Origin: Candidatus Thorarchaeota archaeon SMTZ1-45
GTDB taxonomy: Archaea; Asgardarchaeota; Thorarchaeia; Thorarchaeales; Thorarchaeaceae
Direction of reading: 5' to 3'
Length of the DNA stretch: 51,214 nucleotides
NCBI GenBank assembly: GCA_001563335.1
Contig: LRSL01000072.1
Coordinates: 1-51,214, forward strand
The notes beneath the pieces are model-generated. The model had not been told where the DNA came from. It did no database searches and saw only the letters and a program-made list of their open reading frames with translations. The position numbers and the translations under genes were made by a program. The first letter of the stretch is position 1; each line of letters starts with the position of its first letter. Shown one piece after another: positions 19,207-28,944 of this stretch.

Positions 19207-20952
19207 ATGTTTCTATCACGTACTGTAAGCTACCCACTCGATCAAATGATAGATGTTGCCTCAGGAAGGACACGTGCAGATCTAGTTTTTAAGAACGCCA
19301 ACGTTGTGAATGTTTTCACTGGTGATGTTGTTCAAGGTGATATCGCTATTCATGGAGCATATATCGCAGGAATTGGAGAATATGTTGGAAATGAAGTCAT
19401 AGACCTTAAAGGAAAATATGTTGCTCCCTCTTTTATTGATGGTCATGTCCATGTCGAATCTTCAATGGTTATGCCAATACAATATGCACGCGCAGTTGTC
19501 CCTCATGGTACTGGTGCTGTGATTGCTGACCCTCATGAGATAGCAAATGTATTGGGAATGGAGGGGATTCTTTACATGAGTAAGAGTATGCGTGGGGGTC
19601 CTCTTGAATTCTATATGATGCTTCCTTCATGTGTCCCTTCGACTGATCTTGAAACTAATGGTGTTTCTCTTGATTTTCTTGACATTAAACCACTCATGAC
19701 TGAACATTATGTTTTGGGTCTTGCAGAAGCAATGAACTACCCTGGAGTTATTTATAGAGATCCTTCAATTCTAGAGAAGATTCAGGTGGCTCTAAGTATG
19801 GGGAAAAGAATTGATGGCCACGCACCTGAATTGGATGGGCATGACCTAAATGCATACGCAGCAGCTAGGATTACTTCTGAACATGAGTGTGTCGACATTG
19901 AAGAAGCAAGAAGAAAACTCGCTCGAGGAATGCACATACACATTCGAGAAGGATCTACTGCAAAGAACTTGAAGGCATTGGCTCCCTTGATTCAACCCCA
20001 CACAGCAATATTTTGCAGTTTTGTAACTGATGATAGAAACACCTTGGACCTGATTACAAAAGGACACATTGACAGCATGATTCGAGATGCCATTAGTTTT
20101 GGTGTTGACCCAGTGCTAGCAATAAAAGTAGCCACTCTATCAACAGCAAGACACTATGGTCTTCAATACATTGGTGCAGTAGCACCAGGATATCATGCGG
20201 ACATAGTCGTTCTTGATTCTCTAGAGAAAATCAATGTGGAAATGGTCTATAAACAAGGTATTCTAGTTGCGAAGAATGGCAAGATGGTGGAAGAGTTTGG
20301 GATTGAGAAACAACCTCGTCTTCGGCGTTCTGTCAACATCCACTATCTTGAACCCGAAGATTTCCAGGTTCATGCACGTGGTGATAGGATGAATGTGATA
20401 GGTATGATTCCAGAGCAGATTATAACAGAACATCTTATTGAGGAGCCAAAAGTAATAGATGGACTGGTTGTGCCCGATATAGATCGTGACATTTCCAAAG
20501 TGGCAATTATAGAACGTCACAACGCATCTGAGCCTAGAGCTGTCGGTTTTGTGAAGGGAATGGGAATCAATGCAGGAGCAATGGCTTCATCGATTGCTCA
20601 TGATTCACATAATATTGTGGCTGTCGCAACAAATGATAAAGATCTCATCCAAGCTGCAATTCAGATAGTCAGGATGCAAGGAGGCATTTCGGTTGCAAAG
20701 AATGGAAAAGTGATTGAATCTCTTCCATTGCCAATCGCAGGTCTAATGTCTGATCAACCAATTGAACATGTCAGAGACAAGCTGAAAGACCTAAAAGCTG
20801 CTGCACAAAGTCTTGGCACTCCGTTGGAAGAGCCTTTTATGGCAATGGCCTTCCTATCTCTTCCAGTGATACCTAAGCTCAAAATCACTGACCTAGGCTT
20901 GGTGGATGTTGGTAGGTTTCGTCTGATTGATTTGTTTGATGTACCCACATGA
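19207..20952 (+). CDS. ade: Adenine deaminase
   Basis: FIDGHVHVESSM, DPHEIANVLG, EAMNYPGV, IDGHAP, IREGS, AHDSHN, LSLPVIPKLKITDLGLVDV. Confidence 0.96.
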   Translation: MFLSRTVSYPLDQMIDVASGRTRADLVFKNANVVNVFTGDVVQGDIAIHGAYIAGIGEYVGNEVIDLKGKYVAPSFIDGHVHVESSMVMPIQYARAVVPHGTGAVIADPHEIANVLGMEGILYMSKSMRGGPLEFYMMLPSCVPSTDLETNGVSLDFLDIKPLMTEHYVLGLAEAMNYPGVIYRDPSILEKIQVALSMGKRIDGHAPELDGHDLNAYAAARITSEHECVDIEEARRKLARGMHIHIREGSTAKNLKALAPLIQPHTAIFCSFVTDDRNTLDLITKGHIDSMIRDAISFGVDPVLAIKVATLSTARHYGLQYIGAVAPGYHADIVVLDSLEKINVEMVYKQGILVAKNGKMVEEFGIEKQPRLRRSVNIHYLEPEDFQVHARGDRMNVIGMIPEQIITEHLIEEPKVIDGLVVPDIDRDISKVAIIERHNASEPRAVGFVKGMGINAGAMASSIAHDSHNIVAVATNDKDLIQAAIQIVRMQGGISVAKNGKVIESLPLPIAGLMSDQPIEHVRDKLKDLKAAAQSLGTPLEEPFMAMAFLSLPVIPKLKITDLGLVDVGRFRLIDLFDVPT

Positions 20953-20958
20953 TTTGGT

Positions 20959-21843
20959 CTAAGTTCTTTCGAGAATTCCTTCGATTCCAGATTGGATAGA
21001 GAGGTTAAGTTTCTCTCTGGCGTCTTTGAATTGGACCCTCTTCTTATTTCCAACATATATTGCCATTAGAGAACCAAAGAAGACAAGGATAGTTCCAAAC
21101 AGAAATGCACCTATCATAATTGGAAGGAAATATGGATCTGGTAGGGATAACAAGCCGAAGTATATTCCTCTAAATAACAGATGGGCTACTTCGAGCACTA
21201 TAATCACCAGTAGAGTTAAACCTGCACCTAACTGTCGGTCATGGACAAAGACTTGTAGAGCTGATTGCAACAAGATTGCTGCTAGTAGATTGCCTAAGAT
21301 ACTCAGCACCAAGATTGTAGCTGGAATCATTATGACTGGTCCCAATACAAACGTCGATGTCAGGGTTAATGATATTGGAGGAATACTCCAAGGTGTCAGG
21401 TATTGATAGAATATCACTCCAATAAAGAATATCAACTCAAAGACCATCATAATGATAGCTCCAAATCCTGTGATACGAAGAATGATATTATCTATCCTAT
21501 CAGCCCAGTCCATATTGATGAGTTTTTGATACTCTTCATTCAATGGTTTTGCCCAATCGCTTTCTGCAACACAAGATTGCTTTTCACAGTTGACTATTGT
21601 TAGTAGCTTACCACCATATTCCCCTACTCGTTTCTGCATACAGTCCTCACAGACAAGATCTCCACAAACATGACAGACTTCCTTCGCAAGGACATCTGGA
21701 TGATTAACGCAATCTCTACTCTGGCTAGGACCAAGCACTGGACTTGCACAATACTCACAACGATTTACCTTGTCACGCTTATCTACGCTAACGGGACCAC
21801 CGCAAACTGGACACATAATACGCTCTTGTACAGTTTCAGTCAT
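20959..21843 (-). CDS. Zn-ribbon + B-box-like zinc finger membrane protein
   Basis: CPVC..CEYC, CVNH...CHVC...CEDC, then about 4-5 TM helices; ATGA overlap with the upstream gene. Confidence 0.8.
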   Translation of the reverse strand: MTETVQERIMCPVCGGPVSVDKRDKVNRCEYCASPVLGPSQSRDCVNHPDVLAKEVCHVCGDLVCEDCMQKRVGEYGGKLLTIVNCEKQSCVAESDWAKPLNEEYQKLINMDWADRIDNIILRITGFGAIIMMVFELIFFIGVIFYQYLTPWSIPPISLTLTSTFVLGPVIMIPATILVLSILGNLLAAILLQSALQVFVHDRQLGAGLTLLVIIVLEVAHLLFRGIYFGLLSLPDPYFLPIMIGAFLFGTILVFFGSLMAIYVGNKKRVQFKDAREKLNLSIQSGIEGILERT

Positions 21844-23345
21844 GTCTGACGCCCCCAGAATGATTCAGCACGTTTCCGTTCCCTACCTAATGCGTCCCGT
21901 CTTCGTCGTTCCGCATCGTATTTTTCTTGTATTCTTCTATGTTCAAGTGCAGCTCTTCTGAATTCATTATCCCAAACACGCACTGATGGTCTGAGTTTTG
22001 ACTCAACGACCTTTGGCTTGCGGCGAGTGTGAATGCTCTTCACCCGAGCATTGTCAACTGATACAAAATCCGTTCCACTAATTATCTTAGCTGCTTCAAT
22101 TGTAACAGCAACTAATCCTGCATAGAAGAGAATTGGGATTATGACGATGGCTCCAAGCAGCATCAGAATGCCAGCAAGGATAGGGATTGCAATTATAATG
22201 ATAACAATCAGGATTAGTGCTCCAACGCAGTTGTCACTTCCACCACCTCCAGATTTACCAACACTGGCAAGGAGCTCCAGTGGGAGTCTCCAAAGATGCT
22301 TCATCCCATTAGCGTAAGCACCAAGGAAACTGCTATACATCTGTCCGACTTTTGAGAATCTACTACCTGCAGTTGAGAATAGTTGATCTATTGGGATGAC
22401 CAATGAGGCAGTAGTTACAGCTGGACGATATCTTCCTTCAAAGCACCTTCTGCAGAGATAAACTGCTGATCCCTGCCACTTCTCATCAACAGGAGGTTCT
22501 TGAACCGTCAAACATTGCCTACAGAAATGTTCTCCACATACATTACAAGTCGTTGCTGCTAGGTACTCATTATGGTTCTGACATGGAACAAATACACTGC
22601 TTACACCAAGCACCACTCCGCAATAGTCACAATGAACTGTATTGTCTTTTTCTACCTTGGAAAGTGGAGTTGCACCATTACAATTGGAACATAGAATCGC
22701 CATTCCTTCCTCTGTAACGACTTTTCTGATATCCAAGATCTTCTGTTCTTGCTCAGGTGTTAGGGCTGTTTTCCCATCTGGTCCTAACAGAGCTGGTTCC
22801 AATGGTGATGGCATCAAACCTGTCACAATCAATCTAGCTCTTGCCTTATCCCTCTCTACTCTCGCTCCAGGAGGCGGTGCAACTCTATCCCATCTTATCA
22901 GAAGATACAGAACAATCAGAGTCTGCGTTGCTACAATGAAAGCTGCAACATTACCAATTGCCAATTCTATACTGAAATCAAACAATGGTACTGTCCAATT
23001 ATAGGACAATCCTCGCGCATAGATTAAGAATCCAGCCAGTCCAATTGCCATCATGCTGTAGATTACTTGAGCTATTACCGCCCATCTTCTTAGATCATCA
23101 ACTTTATTGCCAATGAATAAACAGGGGAATGCTACACCTCCAAACAGGACTAGACTATAGAAGTATCCGATTTCGGTTAATGCTCCTGCAAGTGTAGCAA
23201 AGAATATACCGACTGCTGCGAGTAGTCCAAATATTCCAAAAGCCATCTGGGTGACGCCTATCATCCGGAGTCCCCAAGGTCTATCTAAAATGGTGTAGAC
23301 TTTCTCCTCCTCGGTCAAAACACCTATCCCCTGTATGCGTGCCAA
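21840..23345 (-). CDS. Membrane protein with central Zn-ribbon + B-box-like zinc finger
   Basis: 4 N-terminal TM helices, CSNC..CDYC, CQNH...CNVC...CRQC...CRRC, long C-terminal hydrophobic hairpin, Arg-rich tail. Confidence 0.8.
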   Translation of the reverse strand: MARIQGIGVLTEEEKVYTILDRPWGLRMIGVTQMAFGIFGLLAAVGIFFATLAGALTEIGYFYSLVLFGGVAFPCLFIGNKVDDLRRWAVIAQVIYSMMAIGLAGFLIYARGLSYNWTVPLFDFSIELAIGNVAAFIVATQTLIVLYLLIRWDRVAPPPGARVERDKARARLIVTGLMPSPLEPALLGPDGKTALTPEQEQKILDIRKVVTEEGMAILCSNCNGATPLSKVEKDNTVHCDYCGVVLGVSSVFVPCQNHNEYLAATTCNVCGEHFCRQCLTVQEPPVDEKWQGSAVYLCRRCFEGRYRPAVTTASLVIPIDQLFSTAGSRFSKVGQMYSSFLGAYANGMKHLWRLPLELLASVGKSGGGGSDNCVGALILIVIIIIAIPILAGILMLLGAIVIIPILFYAGLVAVTIEAAKIISGTDFVSVDNARVKSIHTRRKPKVVESKLRPSVRVWDNEFRRAALEHRRIQEKYDAERRRRDALGRERKRAESFWGRQT

Positions 23346-23474
23346 TGAATCAGGTACGATTCACAACAGCCTTTTTGCTTGAGCACTTAAAACCTCTGTG
23401 GCTACAAGCTGGTAATGCTCATAAGCAAGAATTACACCTCCCAATCCGTACTAATATTGCATTGTGTGGTTACT

Positions 23475-23663
23475 ATGACTGAAATTCCTATGCCTGGTGA
23501 TTATGGATATCCGCAGCAACCTCCACCAAAGGAGAAAGGTTGTTGCTCTCGATGTTGTGAATGTTGGATGTGGATACTCCTAGGAGTAATTTTGCTCATA
23601 GCAACTTTGTTTATCCTAGCTATGTTGATACCTGGCTTTCTTTTCTTTGGCATCTTTGGCTAA
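23475..23663 (+). CDS. 62-aa Pro/Cys-rich single-pass membrane micro-protein (CYSTM-like organisation)
   Basis: MTEIPMPGDYGYPQQPPPKEKGCCSRCCECWMWILLGVILLIATLFILAMLIPGFLFFGIFG. Confidence 0.7.
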   Translation: MTEIPMPGDYGYPQQPPPKEKGCCSRCCECWMWILLGVILLIATLFILAMLIPGFLFFGIFG

Positions 23664-23727
23664 TCCATTGATTTATAACCGACCCTAAGCAGTAAGCCAC
23701 GTATCTGGCAATGGAGTAAAGAACTCA

Positions 23728-24396
23728 GTGTCCGAATCTGAGGAAGGCAATAGTACATACCCCACCCATGAAGGTGGGCGCATTCAAAGAATTATGAGAG
23801 CTCTTGAGTTAACGCAAGGCGTTGAAATAGCACGACGATATCTAGCAATGAATGCATTTGATGGAGCTCTTACGATGCTTGGGCTTATTCTTGGAGGTCT
23901 AATTACAATTAATCCCGCAGCACCAACGGAAGCTACACTCCAATTTAATGCTATTCTTCTTGCAGCAGCAGGTACAAGTATCGCTATGGCAATTTCTGGT
24001 TTTAGTGGGTCTTATCTCACTGAGAGTGCCGAGAGAGACCGAGAGGTTGACGAGATTGGCAGAGCTATGCTTAGTGATATGAGTGATTCAATGTATGCAA
24101 AAGCAACTAAAACCACCTCATTAGTAGTAGCCATTGTTGACGGTGCTTCTCCTGCGATTGCAGCATTCATCATTATCATCCCACTATTCTTTGTGCCTGG
24201 TGGATACCTTGTCTATCGAACAGCATTCTATATTTCAATAGGAATTTGCCTCGCATTGCTCTTTGCCCTTGGTTTATTCTTGGGTGCTGTGTCGAAAAAG
24301 AACATGTGGTCTTATGGTGCTAAAACTCTCTTCGCAGGAATAATGACTGCCATTTTGATGTTCATAATCTCTTGGTTCACTGGTGCGAGTGGGTAG
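23728..24396 (+). CDS. VIT1/CCC1 family transporter
   Basis: RRYLAMNAFDGALTMLG, AMAISGFSGSYLTESAER, LFALGLFLG. Confidence 0.88.
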   Translation: MSESEEGNSTYPTHEGGRIQRIMRALELTQGVEIARRYLAMNAFDGALTMLGLILGGLITINPAAPTEATLQFNAILLAAAGTSIAMAISGFSGSYLTESAERDREVDEIGRAMLSDMSDSMYAKATKTTSLVVAIVDGASPAIAAFIIIIPLFFVPGGYLVYRTAFYISIGICLALLFALGLFLGAVSKKNMWSYGAKTLFAGIMTAILMFIISWFTGASG

Positions 24397-24399
24397 ACA

Positions 24400-25383
24400 A
24401 TGTTTGATGAACTGCCTCGAGTGCGTATAGCTTTCCTACCTACACCAATGCACCGTTTGAAGAATCTTGGAGAATCCATTGGTTTAGACAATCTCTGGAT
24501 CAAGAGGGATGACTTAACTGGGATTTCTTTTGGTGGAAATAAAACAAGAAAACTTGAGTTTGTTGTAGGTGATGCAAAAACAAACAAATGCGATACTCTG
24601 GTGACAGTTGGAGGAATTCAGAGCAACCACTGTCGTCAGACGGCCGCAGTGGCTGCAGCTACAGGGATGAGATGCATTCTTCTCCTTGCAGGTGAAGAAC
24701 CAGATCAATATACTGGAAATCTCCTTCTTGACAAGATGCTTGGTGCTGAGATGAAGTTCTTTCCGGATGATGCACCACTCATGTTAAACAGACGACTGGA
24801 TGAGATTATTGAAACTTTAACTGAGTTTGGCTTGACGCCTTATGCAATACCAGCTGGAGCTGCAATGCCTGTCGGAGTAATTCCATATGCTGTTGCTATG
24901 GATGAACTGACCTCTCAATTCAAAGAGTATGATTACCATCCAGACAGAATTATTGTGGCTACAGGAACTGGAGGGACTCTTGCAGGTCTAATTCTAGGAG
25001 CACACATGCTAAATCTCGATATTGATATTATTGGAATCACAGTTATGAGTCCTGCAGAAGAGGTGAAAGAGAGAGTCCAGGATTTGCTTGAGCGAACAGT
25101 TGAATCTTATCCTGAGATTGAACCATTCAAACCAACAATCAATGTGGATGATAGTTTCATTGGAAAGGGCTATGGCCAACTTGACGATGGTGTGGTGAGT
25201 GCAATTGAGATGTTCGCAAAAATGGATGGAATATTCCTTGATCCAGTATATACAGGTAAGGCTGGATTGGCACTCATCAGGATGGCTCTTGCAGATGATA
25301 TTGCTACGGATTCTCCAACTCTATTTTACCACACAGGTGGAGAACCGGTCATATTCACATATTCAGAGCTGGGACATAAATGA
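24400..25383 (+). CDS. PLP-dependent D-cysteine desulfhydrase / ACC deaminase family protein
   Basis: LWIKRDD, GGNKTRKLEF, QSNHCR, GTGGT, LDPVYTGKA, HTGG. Confidence 0.92.
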   Translation: MFDELPRVRIAFLPTPMHRLKNLGESIGLDNLWIKRDDLTGISFGGNKTRKLEFVVGDAKTNKCDTLVTVGGIQSNHCRQTAAVAAATGMRCILLLAGEEPDQYTGNLLLDKMLGAEMKFFPDDAPLMLNRRLDEIIETLTEFGLTPYAIPAGAAMPVGVIPYAVAMDELTSQFKEYDYHPDRIIVATGTGGTLAGLILGAHMLNLDIDIIGITVMSPAEEVKERVQDLLERTVESYPEIEPFKPTINVDDSFIGKGYGQLDDGVVSAIEMFAKMDGIFLDPVYTGKAGLALIRMALADDIATDSPTLFYHTGGEPVIFTYSELGHK

Positions 25384-25480
25384 GGTTCTGAGTAATCCTT
25401 ATCACATGACTAACCAAATTTGAGAGTAGGTTATATACCCTACAACCATACTCCCTACTAGTTACAACGGGGGGAATAGT

Positions 25481-26386
25481 ATGCAGAGTGAGATGAAACT
25501 TTTCAAAGAGGCCTTTGATGAGCGAGTTAAAGCTGCTGTTTCTGAAGATGTTAAGATAGTCCTCAAAGAACAATACGCTGATGCTTTTGGAGTACTCACA
25601 GATTGTGAGAATGCAGATCTCATACCTGGAATAATAGGACCCCCTGGTACTGGGAAAACACTTCTTTTACGAGCTTATGCAAAGAAGAGTGGGAGGGAGC
25701 TATATTGGGTCACAGGGGACGAAGGTGTAAGACCATCACATCTTACTGGTGCATTCAACCCAAGTATAGTTCTTAACAAAGGCTTCACACTTGAAGCATT
25801 TGAACCAGGTCCGTTATTGAAGAGCATGGTCTTTGGAGGAGTCTTTGGCTTAAACGAAGGAAATCGCCTTAGTGAGTATGTACAAAACTCTCTATTAGAT
25901 CCATTTGAAGAACGCTCGATTAACGTTCAAAGACTAGGTAGGATTCGTGCAAATGATGGTTTCTTCCCAGTTTTAACAATGAATCCCGAGGAAATGAGTG
26001 GTGCTCATAGACTCAGTGAGGCACTTAGAGACCGTATTAGAGTATGGATACGTCTTGGATATCCACGCAAGGAAACTGAAATTGAAATCGTGAAGATGAA
26101 CTGTCCAGAATACAAGCTCACAGATGCTGTTCTCGAGAAGGTGTATGGACTTGTTTCATCCACTAGAGTAAACACTGACATCGAGATTCCTGCGAGTATT
26201 AGAGCAGGGATATCAATATCACGACTCGCAGCTGAGATGACAAAACGGATGAAAGAGAAGACTATCTCACACTCCACACTATCAAAAGCTGCAACCTATG
26301 TGCTTGTAGGAGCGTTGCGATTCAGACCTGGAATCGATCCTGAGCCTGCTGTCAACTCAATTGTCAGGAGGAACTTGGGGAGTTAA
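25481..26386 (+). CDS. MoxR-type AAA+ ATPase
   Basis: Walker A GPPGTGKT, variant Walker B FGLNE, QNSLL, TMNP, LSEALRDR, lid ASIR. Confidence 0.92.
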   Translation: MQSEMKLFKEAFDERVKAAVSEDVKIVLKEQYADAFGVLTDCENADLIPGIIGPPGTGKTLLLRAYAKKSGRELYWVTGDEGVRPSHLTGAFNPSIVLNKGFTLEAFEPGPLLKSMVFGGVFGLNEGNRLSEYVQNSLLDPFEERSINVQRLGRIRANDGFFPVLTMNPEEMSGAHRLSEALRDRIRVWIRLGYPRKETEIEIVKMNCPEYKLTDAVLEKVYGLVSSTRVNTDIEIPASIRAGISISRLAAEMTKRMKEKTISHSTLSKAATYVLVGALRFRPGIDPEPAVNSIVRRNLGS

Positions 26387-26391
26387 TTGAC

Positions 26392-28944
26392 ATGGCAGCT
26401 CAGCCAAAAATTACTCCAATCCCAAGTAATGCCCCTCCGTTTGCTCATGAGTTTACCAAACGTATGCGGTCAAGAAAGGATGTTGCAAAGAAGCCAAGTG
26501 TTCGGCAGACTCAATCCATTCCTCAGCTTCTTTCTGCTAGATTCTTTAGAAATGGAAAGCTCACTCTCGAAGATTTCCTTGAAGCAGCTATCTTCACAAC
26601 GTATCCCCCTGACCAAGACATTGCTAGAGAGGTCGCAGAAGATATTCTTCTGGGACGCGAAAAGATAGAACGAACCAAAGCTGATGATAAGGAGAACGAA
26701 GTCCAAGCCGTAACAACCAATCAGAAACAGTCAGATGCTCTTCAAAAAGTCATGGATCAGATACGTCGAGAGCAAGAGTTGGCGAAAGTCATCCAGGAAG
26801 ATAAAGTACAGGCGGGATACGATTATTTGCAAGACCTTCACAAGAATGGTGATCCCAAGCTCTATGAAACTGCAACTGACTATCTAACTGATGGTGATAT
26901 TGTACTTCGAGGCATAACAAGTAATCAGGAACTCAAAGAGATTGCTGGATCAATATTGTTAGATAGAGCAGGTGTTCTTACATCTCAGGATATTGAGAAC
27001 TCCAAAACACTTGATGTCCTAGATGAAGTCTGCAATATATCAAATGCTGCTGAGCAGCTTGCGGCAAAAGCCCATCGCGGAGATAGCGATGTTGAACAAG
27101 AATTCTCAGATTTGGCAAGACGTGATTCAACAACAGCTGCTCGGGCGCTTCGACATATCGAAGAGATGGACACGTTAGATGAACAAACCAGACAATCTCT
27201 AGACAAATCACTTCAAAACAATCTAACGGATTTGAGTGACGCTGCTGACTATGCTGCAGAAATGAAGCGATTGCCAACTAATCTGAATCAGCATATTCAG
27301 GATACACCCAATAAGTATTCACTAAGTGATGCTGCTGCATTTGCTGAAAAAATCAAGAAACACACTGGCTATGATATTATGGATGACCTGCTTAACGCTT
27401 ATGATGAGCAATATGAAAATGGAGGTCATAATAATGTGGACATGCGGCAGCTGTCTGATGCTGCTCGAGACAATCAGAGTTGGGATAATCTACTCAAAAA
27501 AGAGATCAAATCACTGATTCAGGATGCGAATGCACGTTCCTCTCCATCGGATTTCTTAAGGTCCCTTGTGGCTCAGGGAATGGGGCTGGGTACTGATCTA
27601 CCTAGTAGTCACACGCAAAAGGAATGGAGTAATGCTATGCAGAATCTAGCCAATGCTGCTTGTGATACATCTCCCACCAAAACCCATCTTCGTAATACGG
27701 TGAAACAACTTTCCCGAATGGGTCAGATTCCTTCAAAAGAATCAATCAAGAAGGCGGGAAAACGCTTGGGCATGTCAGAAGCTGAAATTCTGGAATTACT
27801 AAATCCCTCTTACGAAGTCATCAAGAAACTGATTGAGGCTGGGGTTTCGGATTTTGATAGGATTCACAATCTCGTATCTGCAGCTGGACTGTCCCATCAA
27901 CAACTTAGACAACTCGCAGATATGGCTGCAGAGAAGGGAAACCAGAGTGCATTGGGTGCAATCGCACATGAAGACCTTCATGCAGCACTCGGTACAGGTG
28001 CACAAGGATATGGAACACGAAGATTTGGTCAAGGTTATGGAGCTGGCAGTGGTGATGGTTCTCAGCCATATGATGAAAGCCGCGCAGATATGGCATTTGG
28101 AGGTCTCTTAGGAGGTCCTGCTACAAACATAGTAAGACTATGGTATAGCTATAGAGATCAGCTGCCTGATGAGCTCAAACAGAAGCTAAAGGATATAGCT
28201 AGGAGATTATTGATAGACCTTGGTATGAGATATGCTAGACAAACAATGGGAAGTAGTATGCTCGGAGGGATTCAAGAATCCACAACAGTAAGACCATTCA
28301 AGATTGGCGATGACATGGACCTCATCGATTTAGAAGAAACAATAGACTCTCTCCTGACTCAGGGGCGTACAAGCTTCAAGATTCTAGAAACCTCTGATTT
28401 CCTAGTAACGGAAACCTATCAAGGTCATCGTGCATTCTATTGGGCTCTCGATAAAAGCGGCTCAATGAACTCTGCTGAGAAACTAGGTATGCTCGCAATT
28501 TCGGTAATGGCAGGTCTCTATGGAATTAAACGTGATGACTTTGGAGTAGTTCTGTTTGATAGTGTCACTCATGTTGTTAAGAGTATAGCTGAGAAGAATG
28601 TTTCAGTTGACAAAGTAGCAACAGATTTGCTTGATGCACGGGCTAGTGGTGGTACAGGCGGTGCTGAATCGTTAAAGCTTGCGCTTCAAAACTTCGAGGA
28701 TACTCGTGCGAAGGAGAAGATACTAGTGTTTTCCACTGATATGTATCTGAGCGACCAAGCAATCTGCGAACAACTTGCAGAACGGATGAAACCTCTTGGA
28801 ATCAAGATGATAATTCTTGTACCAAAATCTTCCTATAATCCGCAGGCTGCAAACAATCTAGCAAAGAAAGCTCATGGTGTGGTCCTAGACATTGCATCAA
28901 TAGATGAGCTCCCAACAAAACTCCTTCGAGTAACAAACTACTGA
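26392..28944 (+). CDS. VWA domain protein (CoxE-like MoxR partner) with long helical N-terminal region
   Basis: IDLEETID, MIDAS DKSGSM, GGT, FSTD; starts 5 nt after the moxR stop. Confidence 0.9.
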   Translation: MAAQPKITPIPSNAPPFAHEFTKRMRSRKDVAKKPSVRQTQSIPQLLSARFFRNGKLTLEDFLEAAIFTTYPPDQDIAREVAEDILLGREKIERTKADDKENEVQAVTTNQKQSDALQKVMDQIRREQELAKVIQEDKVQAGYDYLQDLHKNGDPKLYETATDYLTDGDIVLRGITSNQELKEIAGSILLDRAGVLTSQDIENSKTLDVLDEVCNISNAAEQLAAKAHRGDSDVEQEFSDLARRDSTTAARALRHIEEMDTLDEQTRQSLDKSLQNNLTDLSDAADYAAEMKRLPTNLNQHIQDTPNKYSLSDAAAFAEKIKKHTGYDIMDDLLNAYDEQYENGGHNNVDMRQLSDAARDNQSWDNLLKKEIKSLIQDANARSSPSDFLRSLVAQGMGLGTDLPSSHTQKEWSNAMQNLANAACDTSPTKTHLRNTVKQLSRMGQIPSKESIKKAGKRLGMSEAEILELLNPSYEVIKKLIEAGVSDFDRIHNLVSAAGLSHQQLRQLADMAAEKGNQSALGAIAHEDLHAALGTGAQGYGTRRFGQGYGAGSGDGSQPYDESRADMAFGGLLGGPATNIVRLWYSYRDQLPDELKQKLKDIARRLLIDLGMRYARQTMGSSMLGGIQESTTVRPFKIGDDMDLIDLEETIDSLLTQGRTSFKILETSDFLVTETYQGHRAFYWALDKSGSMNSAEKLGMLAISVMAGLYGIKRDDFGVVLFDSVTHVVKSIAEKNVSVDKVATDLLDARASGGTGGAESLKLALQNFEDTRAKEKILVFSTDMYLSDQAICEQLAERMKPLGIKMIILVPKSSYNPQAANNLAKKAHGVVLDIASIDELPTKLLRVTNY

